A program made the position numbers and the translations under genes. Below the pieces are notes generated by a model. The model ran no database searches and was not told where the DNA came from. It saw nothing but the letters and a program-made list of their open reading frames with translations. A DNA stretch of 64,000 nt from an uncultured archaeon (GTDB lineage: Archaea; Thermoproteota; Bathyarchaeia; Bathyarchaeales; Bathycorpusculaceae): assembly GCA_963782915.1 (NCBI GenBank), contig CAWALK010000011.1, forward strand, positions 107,929 to 171,928, given 5' to 3'. Below are positions 44,940-56,132 of this stretch, in pieces; positions within the stretch are counted from its first letter, which is position 1; every line of letters starts with the position of its first letter.

Positions 44940-46406
44940 ATGTCCTATTATGTCTCCTTCCCAAAACTAAAGGAAAAGGAAGCACTAATACAGATCGTTC
45001 CCTTGGGTCCATTGAACCACATTGTCCCTAACTTGACTTTGTTAACTATTGATCTAGTTTGGGTAAAATTTCTATTTGCATTTCTTCTGCATAACAACAT
45101 AAACCTCGAGGATTCCAAACAAGTTAGCGAAGCAATTATGAATCCAAAAAAGGGGGCGTACAACAGAGTTTTAACTTGGTCATACGAATACGCCATGACT
45201 AACTCCGATCCTCCAGCTGGAATTCTGATTGCTACTCGATGGAATTACGGCGGTAAGGCGAGAGAGAAAGGAAGAGACTTTTTTGACCTAAAAAAATTTG
45301 GCCGATATGTTAAAGACATTCTGGATTCGGATGATCCAAGCACTTTTCTAGCCGAGGCAAAAAAGTTCTCCAAAGGCGATCTATCTGCTGTCTCCAAAAA
45401 ATTTCTCTTACAAGAAGAAAAACTTAGAAACAATGTAATAGGAATTAACTTAAGTGATTTCCCAACTACACTCTTCCTGCAACGCGTTTTTGAACAATTG
45501 AAACCAGAACATTTTACAACCCATAGAGAAGACTTCCTTTCGCTATTTATAATCACTTTTCTTGAACAATTTAAGGAAACAACAGAATTGCAGAACAGTG
45601 ATGTAATAAATGATCACCCAATATTTCACTACACAGCTTTTATAAAGAAAGAATTAGGGATTACAATAAAAAAAGACCTTGTGGACAAAAGCAATAAATC
45701 GACTGCAGATTTGGAAAAGATCTTCCCTGATCCAAAGCAGATAAAACCCTATCTTTCCGAACAAGGCTTTGATGCATTCTTAATTTTAGCATTGATTAGG
45801 CGAAATGCACCAACGCATTTCCATTCCTTTCTCATATTAACTTTTTTAAAAAGAAGGCAAATTAGCTTTCGAAGTAACTACCTGGCTCTAGGTCAGACTA
45901 TATTCTCAGAGGAATTTTACCTTCATCTTAAAAGTCTTGAAAAGTCGCTATCTAAATTTGGCAATGATTTTGCACAGCTTACCGTTGATCCAAAATTACT
46001 GAAGTTCTTAGCTGTTTGGTGGGAGTACTATCAGTTCACACTTATAGGGGAGACTATAACTAAGAACATAAAACGGTACCTGTTAGAAGATTTTACAAAG
46101 AACCAAATTAAGTCGAAAATACCAAGCGAGCAGTTGAATATAATAAAAGAATTTTTGAAAGACTACAGTAGCTCTTCAATCAATTATATTCAGGCACTAG
46201 AAACTGATGAAAATAGTACTGAAATTCTTTCACAACTCGAAGAAATGGAGCCACTTAGGAGCATTGATCGCATTTTTGAGTATCTGTTCGATGAAGCAAT
46301 AAAGTCAACTTCAAAGGATTTCCCAGGCAATCCTTTCTTTCCTAGCTTCGATTCATTCGAAAGGTGGGTAGATGAACTTTCAGAAGTATTGGCATTATTA
46401 GACTAG
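44940..46406 (+). CDS. Hypothetical helical protein coupled to the PLD gene
   Basis: 488-aa AT-rich ORF ending 10 bp before the PLD gene. Confidence 0.65.
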   Translation: MSYYVSFPKLKEKEALIQIVPLGPLNHIVPNLTLLTIDLVWVKFLFAFLLHNNINLEDSKQVSEAIMNPKKGAYNRVLTWSYEYAMTNSDPPAGILIATRWNYGGKAREKGRDFFDLKKFGRYVKDILDSDDPSTFLAEAKKFSKGDLSAVSKKFLLQEEKLRNNVIGINLSDFPTTLFLQRVFEQLKPEHFTTHREDFLSLFIITFLEQFKETTELQNSDVINDHPIFHYTAFIKKELGITIKKDLVDKSNKSTADLEKIFPDPKQIKPYLSEQGFDAFLILALIRRNAPTHFHSFLILTFLKRRQISFRSNYLALGQTIFSEEFYLHLKSLEKSLSKFGNDFAQLTVDPKLLKFLAVWWEYYQFTLIGETITKNIKRYLLEDFTKNQIKSKIPSEQLNIIKEFLKDYSSSSINYIQALETDENSTEILSQLEEMEPLRSIDRIFEYLFDEAIKSTSKDFPGNPFFPSFDSFERWVDELSEVLALLD

Positions 46407-46416
46407 TTACGGTCAG

Positions 46417-49400
46417 TTGCAAATGGAAGAAGTAAATGCTTTAGATAAGACATTTGAAATCGCCGAAGAATCCGATGGCGCTGTAATCTTAGCCTATTCC
46501 CTAAGCTCCTTTCCGCTTCAAGGAATAATCTCAAAGCTAAAACACCCCAAAAAAATTAGAATTATCTATTCCGCAAAAACTGATGCTAATAGAGCCATTT
46601 TACAGTTTAAGGGCTTAATAGAAGCCAGCAAACCCATAGAAACAACTAATCTAAAAGAGCGTTTTGTAACTTCTCACGCTAAACTTTACGTTTTCTTCAA
46701 GAAAGAGAAAGAAAACACGCATGTAGTAGCTATAATTGGCTCCTTTAATCTTACAATGCAAACACTTGATGGGATTGAAATTTTTGGTTTGTATAAGTTC
46801 CAAATCAAAAACAGCTTCCTTGCAGATCAAGGTATCAACGATTTTGTCGATCTCTTTGCTTTCCAAACCGACCAACCGATTCAACTAGAGAAATTGAAAT
46901 ACGTAATCTTTGGACCAGATTCTGCGATTGGCTATGAAATACTTGTATTATTACTGCAACTTTGGTTTGGGAACAAACTGAATATTCCACCTAGCTCGTC
47001 AATACATAATCTAAATTATTTTGAATCTGATGACAAGAGAACTTTTGTGAGCACACATGGAAACAATAATCTTTTGTATCAATTGAGAGAGATGCTAACA
47101 TCCGCTTTTATTTGCGCCAGTGAGACAGGCCAAAATGTAGAGTTAAAGGTACTTAGCCCTTTTCATAACGAAAAGTCGATTGAGACCCTTTTATGCCTAA
47201 AAGAAGAAATTTCGTCTCATTTAGGTTTACGAAACCTGAATTTTACTTTAAAATTGCTGACGAATAACTATACCGTTTGTGGAGATATTTCTAAATCTTC
47301 TTTTTCAAACCCCAAATATTTAAAGAATCTAACTTTGAAAGAAGGTAATGATTTTAGGGTTAAATTTTGGGGTTATACGCCTGGAAATGAGGACTTCATA
47401 CACGCAAAACTGTTTATAGTGCAAGTCGGCGATCGGCAGGTAACACTTTTAACGTCAGCAAATCTAACTCTTCCAGGTCTTGGTTTGGGAGACCAAAAGA
47501 ACCTTGAAGTCGGGGTAATTGAAAATGACCATTTGCATGCTCAACTGCTCAGTTCTTGGTTCGACTCTTATTGGGATTTAGAAATTGAACCCAAGGATAG
47601 CAAATTCTGGATTGAAATGCAAAACTGGTATGAAAGGCTAAAAGAAGACAATGCGGTCGACGAATTTGAAGTTGAGGGATTAGTTGACAATATTCTTGTT
47701 TACCACAGGCAATTCATTAAAGTGAGAGATAAAAAAGTAAGGGACATAGAACTTCTAAAATTAAGCCTAAGCTTTTCAAAAAAAGAGTCCCCTATTAACA
47801 ATATAGAAAAAGTGTTAGAGAAAAACGCAGACCATTTCTGCACCGATTTTTTGCTTGAAGAAGAGCATTTGGGATTAGCCTTTTGTGACATAATAGGCAA
47901 ATTAAAAGACGGAACCTATATTGTAGTTTTGCAAAAGAGAGTTAAAGTTGTTAAGAAGTTTCCGAGTTTTCGCATTCAGATTAATCATGCAATCGATGTT
48001 CCCAAGGAATTACTGAATGGTACAATACCAATCAAAGTAGAAATAGAAACTGGAAAAGATGTTGTAAAGGTAGACCTAACAAAAATGTCCTTTAGACTAC
48101 AGTCAGCAGGCAACAATATTGGTCCACAAATTCTTTTCTTAAAAGAGAAACTGGAAATTAATCGTTTACTTGAATTCTTGATATGGGTAGAACCGTTTGA
48201 AACTAGTGATGAAGTTAGTCTTGTTTTACTCTATGACGATTTAAAGATAACCTCTTGTATTGTTTCGCAATCCATTTTGCAAAAAACATTTGCAAAGAGT
48301 CCCGGTGAAAATATACTAACTTTCTTAAGAAACAGGTCTTTGCTCTTGCTAACAGATAAACGAACATTATGCCCTAAAGTTCAGACGGAGCTTAAGTTAG
48401 TATGTTGCAAAGACCTTGCAGAACTACTTCAAATAGATAAGATAGAGGTCATTAGAGATTTTGTTTTTTCAGATCTAATTGGAATGAAAAAAAATACCCG
48501 TCAAATGACTGGTGAGCTTAATCTAAAGAAAGAAATTTTGTTAGATAACAATGTAAAGCCATCTCCGCCAATCGATGTTAAAGCTTGGGTCTATGGGATG
48601 CACAGGGGAAGGGAGGTCATTAGGGTACCTTTTGGTACAATTGAATACCGACTTCTAAAAAATCCGCCAGAACTAAAAATAGAGCATTATCCCCCAATTA
48701 CGTCAAATATAGCTCCAATAGAGATATGGTTTGATTTCATCAATTCAAGCGCCATAAAAGACAATTTAGTGCTCAATTTGCAACTGGGAAAGTGGCAAAA
48801 AGAGGTCACTTTAGAGACTAATTCTATCATTATCGAACTACCTATAACAGTGATTTCCATGACCTTAAAGAAGGATTAAACCTTGACTATCGTTTTATTT
48901 TCAAGTATAATGTAGCTGACCTGGTTGAACATGATCATATCGATTATAGCCTATTTATTTCCACTCCACACATATCGAGAGTGGATAAAACAAAAATGCT
49001 CATTTTTGATCTGAAAAACCCGCAAGAATTAATCGATTGCGCGGGCAAAGGCATTCCTAATAACTTTAGGCCTTCAATTACCATATATCCTTGCGCAAGC
49101 CCCTATAGAAGTTTCTTGCTTAGAATTAACAACAAAACCCTTGAACAATCGCAGGAGTTTTTAAGTGCTGTCAACGCAGAAACATTTTCTTTGGATAAGT
49201 TCGAAAAGGGTGTTATTGACCAACTAAAAAAAGATAACGTAGCTAATTTTGAAGTGCACGTTTCAACAGCTGACTCGAACTTACTGAGTATACCATTTAG
49301 CGCCTTTTACTTAGAAGGGATAGAAACGGCCTCGGTAACAATGCGAGAAGGTGGATACGGTAAATCAATAACAGTTTATCATCCTGAATCTTTTTCTTGG

Positions 49401-49724
49401 CAGTTCAGGGCTGAGATATCAAAGATTTCTCGAATTGCTTATTCTGAACATTTGATAAGATCTCATATAGACGCAATAAAAAATGGCCTTTTTTCTTGGA
49501 TAATTGCTCCACAAGAAGAAGAGTGTGTTATTTCAAACATCGAGAATTTTTGCGCTCTAGTAAAATCAGATGACTTTTCGGTCAACTTTCTTCCTAGAAA
49601 GCCACTTTTTTGGTGGGAAGAAAATAGCATTTCTTGTCGACGAGTAATAGATTTTATAATAATTAACCGAACAAGTAATCATGACCTTAAGATTAAAATC
49701 AATAGCTTAAGAAAGCTATCATAA
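46417..49724 (+). CDS. Large protein with two PLD (HKD-type) nuclease domains; probable frameshift near 48870
   Basis: SHAKLYVF...GSFNLT and IHAKLFIV...TSANLT...NLEVG; ORF 48981-49724 probably continues it. Confidence 0.7.
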
Positions 49725-49728
49725 TAAC

Positions 49729-50040
49729 TTGAGCGACTAAGATAAGCGTTAGCTACCGTTGTAAAGTATGTTGCAGAGAAGTCACCGTCGATGAGTATAT
49801 GGATCATGATGGCATGTGCTGGGAATGCTGGGACTACCAATTGACTGAGGAATCCGACAGCATGTTTGGCGACCTAATGTAGGAGGCATATGCTTGTGGC
49901 CTTGTCGGTATTGTGGAAATGAAAACGATGAATCTTCAACTATTTGCGAGAAATGCGGTTCCTGGAGAGATGATGATATAGGTGATTCAGGCGATAACAG
50001 GGATTCGGAAGATTTATTTTTTGATGATGAAGGGATCTGA
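49729..50040 (+). CDS. Two zinc-ribbon microproteins (~49729-49882 and 49894-50040)
   Basis: CKVC...CWEC and WPCRYCGNEN...ICEKCG with acidic tails; GGAGG precedes the second. Confidence 0.5.
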
Positions 50041-50104
50041 TCGATAATTGGTCATGCAGTTTGGCTATAAAGCTTATAATTAAACTCTGATATCTATACA
50101 AAGC

Positions 50105-51136
50105 ATGAAATCAGCTATCTTCATGAATGGTAAAAAGTTCGATGAATCAAATTTTGGCTCAGAAGAGACCTTCGAGAAGATAGTTAAGCAAAACTTCAAA
50201 ACACTTTTTGGAGCTAAAACAGTCTATTTTGATATAAAAAGCAAGATAGACTCTAGAGCTTTGGGATCTGCTATTCCTGATGCCTTTTTGTTTGATTTTA
50301 GGGATGAAGAGAATCCGGATTTCTACTTAGTAGAAGTTGAATTAGAGGAACATGATTTCTATAGACACATATTTCCTCAGATAACCAAGTTCTTTGCATT
50401 CTTTAACAACTCCGCTAGTAGGAACCAACTTGTTGAGAGATTGTTTATTTATGTAAAATCTAACCAATTGCTTGAACAAGAATTCAAGAAATACCTTGGA
50501 AATCGAGAGATATACAAAGCGCTTAAAGATATAATTGAAAATAGTCAAAATATCTTACTTGTAATAGATGATATTAAACCTGAGATGCAGGAAGTCTTCG
50601 AGACTTATACTGATACATGGAAAAAAATGGTCAAGATTGAAGTTCTGAAAGAGTATACTGCTGAAGGAAAGACAATTTTCACGATGAATCCCGATTTTGA
50701 CGAGATCAATTTGCCAGAACCCCCTGATGGAGGAAACTCTGGAGGATCTGAAGAATCGTCGACTAAACCTGAATGGACGGAAATCAAACATCTTGAGGGT
50801 GTAAATGACAATATTGTTAGCGTTTATAAAAAAATCAAGGCAGCGATGATAGAGACTGACCCAAAAATTATCGTTAATCCAACAGCTTCATACATATCTC
50901 TAAAATCAAATCGCAATTTTGCATATATACGGTTTAGTAAGGCAAAAATGCATATCGTAATTATGCTTCCATTTGAAAAAGGAAAAGAACTGATCAATAA
51001 TCATAAAGTGAAGATCCTATCAGAGCGAGAACAAAGATTCTGGAATGGACCATGTTTTCAAGTAACTCTAAACGATGAATCAACTATAGAAGAAATTGTC
51101 AACACTCTGGACCAAGCGTACAATCAGCACGTCTGA
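50105..51136 (+). CDS. PD-(D/E)XK-like nuclease domain plus C-terminal DUF5655-like domain
   Basis: E..FE..V...IPDAFL...YLVEVE; C-terminal PTASYISLK..RNFAYI...LDQAY. Confidence 0.6.
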   Translation: MKSAIFMNGKKFDESNFGSEETFEKIVKQNFKTLFGAKTVYFDIKSKIDSRALGSAIPDAFLFDFRDEENPDFYLVEVELEEHDFYRHIFPQITKFFAFFNNSASRNQLVERLFIYVKSNQLLEQEFKKYLGNREIYKALKDIIENSQNILLVIDDIKPEMQEVFETYTDTWKKMVKIEVLKEYTAEGKTIFTMNPDFDEINLPEPPDGGNSGGSEESSTKPEWTEIKHLEGVNDNIVSVYKKIKAAMIETDPKIIVNPTASYISLKSNRNFAYIRFSKAKMHIVIMLPFEKGKELINNHKVKILSEREQRFWNGPCFQVTLNDESTIEEIVNTLDQAYNQHV

Positions 51137-51148
51137 ATGTTTTCATCA

Positions 51149-54105
51149 TTAGTCGCATAGGCATTGGTAGTCGCAGTAGTTGCATTCCCAGCTTCCCTTC
51201 TTAGGCTCAAATGATGCAGCCTTAATCTTAGCAGCCATCTCGGCGATTTCTGCTTGCATAGTCTCTATGGCTTTTTGTTCGGGTTCAAAGAACACTTTCT
51301 CATTAGACCGCAAAAACCAGTCCCCAACCTTCAATTTACCACTATCACCATACATTCCTCTAACTGCAAGCGCATAAACCAGCAGCTGCATGTCTTTTTT
51401 AAGCTCATTTAGTGAGGGTGCCTTTTTGCTTGTCTTGTAGTCCACCACAGTATAGTCGGATCCGTCTTTGTCGATGCGGTCGATTCGTCCTCGCAGTTTT
51501 ACTTCGCCTATAGAGGTCTCAAACCATCGTTCAATATCAAGTATCTCTGTTTTGCTCTTAGCTTGCTCATCGAGAAAACCTTTAAGGATAGCCTTGGCTT
51601 CGTCGTAATCTCTTTTTTCATCAATCTTTGACTTGTAGCCTTTCGGATCCCAAAACTTTGCCAGAAGGTCAAAGGCAACGGTTTCATCAGTTGTTTTTCC
51701 ATCCTTCTGCATCCTGGTTAGTTGTTCTGCAATGCTGTGTAGTGAGGATCCGAAGTCAAAGTAGTATCTTGGTTTCTCTGGAATCTTCATGACATGACGG
51801 AATTGGTAGAGTCGGGGGCATTTTTTGTAGCCGACAAATTGTGACACGCTAAAAACGTGGTTCTCAGGAACTGTAACTGGTGCTTCTTCTAGTCTTATTT
51901 AGGAGAGTAGTCGGGTTCTTTTATTTTGCCAATTAATTCTGCTTTGATATCTAAGGTTTTGTTTGTTGATTTAGCGAATAAAAGCACGTTTTCTATGGCG
52001 TCGCTGAATTTTCCGGTTGTTAGGTTTGATATTATTTGTTTCATAAGTTGAGTTTGTATTTGGTCCTCTTTTGTTGTTGATTCGGGAGAAAGATCCAGTC
52101 CGTCAGCTTGTTGGAAGGTTATGTTTTCGTTTTGTTGATAGTCTATTTCTGTTAAGAATTTTGATGTTTTGGAGTCTGTTTTGTTGTCGCCATAGCGTTT
52201 GGCGTAGGTGATAATCAGTTTTTCTTTGGCTCTTGTTATTGCGACGTAGAAGAGTCTTCGTTCTTCTTGTATATGTAGTTCTTTTTCGTCGAATTGTGAT
52301 TGGATGCCTTTGAGTAGTTCTTTTGGGATTGAGAATTTGTCTTTTTGGAACCTTGTTGGCAGCTTATTGTCTACCAGGTCTGGAATGATAACTACAGGGT
52401 ACTGCATGCCTTTAACGCCATGAATCGTTGAGATGACAACTGATTGTTCTTCGAGGTTTTGTTCTTCAATTTCAAAGTTAGAGGCAAAAGAGAGGTACTC
52501 TGTGAAGTCTTCAATGTCATTGTCTGGGTAGATGCTGTTGAATTCTTCTGCGAATTCGTAGAATTGGTTTATCAGCTGAATATTTCGGTTGTTTCCCAGA
52601 GCGATTTCGTATTTGTAGAATTCTCGTTCAAAAAGCAAACTATGAATAAGATCCAGGGTTCCAAGTCTCTTTTTAGAACGGATTATATCAGAGAGGGTTT
52701 TTTTGACTTCGAGAAATTTGAATTTATCCACATCAATCTTGCTTAAGCTGGTCAAATGCTTCGTAGAGGGAGAGCTCATTTTCGCTTGCATAGCAGTTGA
52801 ATTTGCATATCTCAATCTGTTTAATGCCATAGTTGTGGCGGTTTAGGATCCTTACGATTTCTGCGTTACTTTCCAGCGGGTTGCTAATGACTTTGAGGTA
52901 TGCGGTGATGTCTTTTATGATGGGTTCTTGGAAAAAGCCTGTTTCGCCAACAAAGTTGAATCGGATGCCTTGTTTTCGAAATGCTTTGATTATTGGTTCA
53001 GCTGTTGCTCTGCGTCTGCAAAGGATCGCTATGTCTTGTGGCGGATATTTGGTTAGGAGTTCTTTGACGGTTTCAAGAATATAGTTGGCTTGTGAAGAAT
53101 CTGTTGGAGTCTCAATAACTGATACGTTTTCTCCGTCTTTGTTTTTTGTGAAAAGTTTCTTTTTTGTTCTTTCTGGGCTGTTTTCGATTAGTTTGTTGGC
53201 GACTGCCACGATTTTTTTGGTGCTGCGATAGTTGTGTTCTAATGCAATTTCTACATTGTTAGGGAACATTTTTTTGAATTCAGCTATGTTTGTTAAGTAG
53301 GCTCCTCGGAAGCGGTAGATGCTTTGGTCGTCATCCCCTACCACGGTAATGTGACCGTGTTTGCTAGCTATTAGCTGGACAATCTGCAGTTGAATATAGT
53401 TAGTGTCTTGAAACTCATCAACGATAACGAATTGGAATTTTTCTTGATACCTCTTCAAAATTAACGGTTTACTCTTCAGTAGGTTGTAGACTGTGCAGAG
53501 CATGTCTCCAAAATCAATCATGTTATTTTCAGTTTGTAATCTTCGTAAGCCCGATAAATCTTCAATATGTCTTTGAGGCAGTTTAGGTCCTCTTGAGCTT
53601 CTTCATCAAGCTCTTCTTTCTCTGTTTTTCAATATATTGTTCAATATCTTCTGGCGAGATGGATTCGTCTTTGCATCTTGAAATGAACTTTGCCATTTCT
53701 TCCGCTAAAGTGTATGGTTCATGATTGAATTCAAGATGCTCAATGCCAAAACTGTTGATGTTCTTAGTCAAGTAAACTAGTTGAGCAGTTTCAGTGATTA
53801 CTTTAAAATTAGCGTTAAGTTTGGTGTTTAGAATATTGTCCTGAATAAATTGGTTACAGAAAGAGTGAAAAGTTGATATGCTCAAATCCTCAGCGTTCCC
53901 AACCATACCAATGACTCTATTCTTTAAGCTCCTCAGCAGCCTTTTGGTTAAAAGCTAAGGCAAGTATATTCTCTGTTTTGGCGCCCTGTTCGATTAGATA
54001 GGCAATTTTACTTGCCACAGTCAACGTTTTGCCTGAACCAGCACCCGCTATTATTAGGAGAGGTTTTTCAATTTCTTTTACGGCTTCTGCCTGTTGCGGA
54101 TTCAA
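51149..54105 (-). CDS. UvrD/PcrA-type SF1 helicase fused to a C-terminal PD-(D/E)XK Fe-S nuclease (five ORF pieces)
   Basis: AGAGSGKT, VDEFQD, GDDDQSIYRFRGA, NYRS, TIHGVKG, EERRLFYVAITRAK, then GRIDRID..VDYKT and C..C.Y..LC. Confidence 0.85.
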
Positions 54106-54275
54106 ATTTCAAAAATATTTGCCGTTGAGATTATCTCCTTTTTTAAATAACCAAGCAACCAAGCGAAGCATAGATTATGATAAAAGAATTCCAAATTTAA
54201 CTTTTCTGTGATTTAAAATTCAGGCAAGTACTATTATAGCAAATGCTGTAGTAGTTAGATAGGATAGGAATTTAC

Positions 54276-54660
54276 ATGAGTAAAATGAAAGGGGCTATCT
54301 ATGCGGTACCAGCAAATTTAATGGATCGACTATTTAGCGAAAACAGCAGAGTTTTTATCAAGATCACGGGTCACGCTTCATCAAAGATAGCTCCTAAACA
54401 CAAAATAGTCTTTTATGCATCACATGATGAAAAAAGCTAATCGGTGAAGGGATTGTAGAAACTGTTGAATTCCTTAATCCTGAGGAAGTTTTGTCAAAGT
54501 ATGGCAAAGAACTATTCATCGACGAAGATGAATTTATGATGTACGTTGAAAAACATAACTAATCTTAGTTATCAACTAAAGGGTTAAAAAAGTATCAAAA
54601 ACCGATCCAATGTAAGGGAGTCATAACAATGGGCGGAAAAGTTAATTTTCACTGAAAAAA
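54276..54660 (+). CDS. DUF365/ASCH (PUA-like) domain protein, frameshifted
   Basis: Own translation: RVFIK...KIVFYASH..K-LIGEGIVETVE...YGKELFID...KKYQKPI...ITMGG. Confidence 0.55.
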
Positions 54661-54847
54661 AATAGGTGAATTGATTCATTCGCAAACAAAAGCCGTTATT
54701 TGAAGACTCGACACCTCGTAATTGGCTAAACCTACGTAGACTTGTTCGAACGTCACATTTTTGTGACTCTTAATGCAACGGAAAACTCTTTGCGACGTTT
54801 ACCCAAAATATTATATTAAAACTAAATGTCTTAATAAAGAACAAGAA

Positions 54848-55594
54848 ATGGGCAGAGGGGATAGTCCAACAACGAAAGGGACAGGGATGGTTAGCAGGAG
54901 TCTGCTTAAAGATGCCGCAGCAATACTGCCCATACTTCCTATTACTGACAACTTTGGCGAAATTAGAGAGCAAATAATCTCAAATTTGAAATATAATTCA
55001 GAGTATTCTCGAAAAAGATATCAGCGATATATTACCTCGTATATCTTTCCGGATAGCATAGTTGACAAACCACTTTTAGTATTTTCCAAAAAAGTAAGCA
55101 CTAACACATTACGCAATGTTTGCTTGTATAAGTTTTGTAAAAGATATCCGCTTATGCAGGAGCTTTTTTATGAAGTATTTATTCCCAATATTAGCCGAGG
55201 TACAATAGCCCGCAAGAAAGTGGACGATTATCTAAAAGAGAAATTTCCGAACTCAGCTATGGGCGTTGATGGAAGCAGAGGCTTTCTTGAGTCACTCAAA
55301 GATGCTAATGTAATCAAATCAAATGGGCGAAATCTAACTTTTAGTTACAGACAAGTTGACCCAATTTCGTTTGCTTACATGTTACATGCGGAGTTTCCAA
55401 GCCCTGGAATGTTTGACATATCAAAAGTAGAAAAAAATCAGCTATTCGTTCCTCAACTTTGGCAAAGTAGGGATCTCTTGGAGTCTTTGTATGTTTTACG
55501 AAATAAAGGGATAATCTCAAAGGTATCTGAAATCGATACTGTACGTCAATTTACTACAAAGTATACTCTTGAACAATTCGCGGCAAGCTTATGA
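54848..55594 (+). CDS. BrxA-like DNA-binding protein
   Basis: Size, helical wHTH-like pattern (NLKYNSEYSRKRY; SFAYMLHAEF; ISKVSEID) and position at the head of a brxL-containing operon. Confidence 0.55.
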   Translation: MGRGDSPTTKGTGMVSRSLLKDAAAILPILPITDNFGEIREQIISNLKYNSEYSRKRYQRYITSYIFPDSIVDKPLLVFSKKVSTNTLRNVCLYKFCKRYPLMQELFYEVFIPNISRGTIARKKVDDYLKEKFPNSAMGVDGSRGFLESLKDANVIKSNGRNLTFSYRQVDPISFAYMLHAEFPSPGMFDISKVEKNQLFVPQLWQSRDLLESLYVLRNKGIISKVSEIDTVRQFTTKYTLEQFAASL

Positions 55595-56132
55595 TTAACA
55601 CTAACTCAAAAATCGAAGATATAATCGTCGCTCTAAGAGCAAAGCTTAGAGTACCGATAGGTCGCCACCTATACGGTGTTTTAGGTGACTACAAATCGTT
55701 AAGTATATTTGAAAAAGAGATTGAAGGTACAACAATTGCTGATGGAGAACCTTTTACTTTAGTCTGAATCTGTAAACAAGGGAATAATAAACAGATTCAG
55801 CGATGAACAATTTAGAACGTCTAGTCAATGACGAGGCGAAAAGACCTGAGCCAACTCGAGCTAGCATTGGCAGCGCCTTTGAAGCTTTTGTCAGGGAAAG
55901 ACTTCAAACCAATAAAACTCTTATTCTGAAAGACTTAGAACTCGTATTCATTTATAACATTGATCTAAGCGTCTTACGCGTATTAGCGGCTGATCAATAT
56001 AGAATAATTTTACTCCTACCTGGAAAAAGAGTACGTGATAGAATCCAAATGTTTCCTGGATCAAACTATGACTTTTCATTACCCCGTAACCTAATTGCAG
56101 AAAATCACATCTGGGAGATATCGCATAGTTGA
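55591..56132 (+). CDS. BrxB/BrxF-like degenerate P-loop protein (frameshifted)
   Basis: ATGA overlap with brxA; LILKDLELVF (Walker-B-like) and IILLLPG motifs; about 180 aa. Confidence 0.5.

Noticed and set aside
51149-51847. Cas4 or a CRISPR locus
   Set aside because: It is the C-terminal nuclease of the frameshifted UvrD fusion; no repeat-spacer array or other cas gene was seen in the window.
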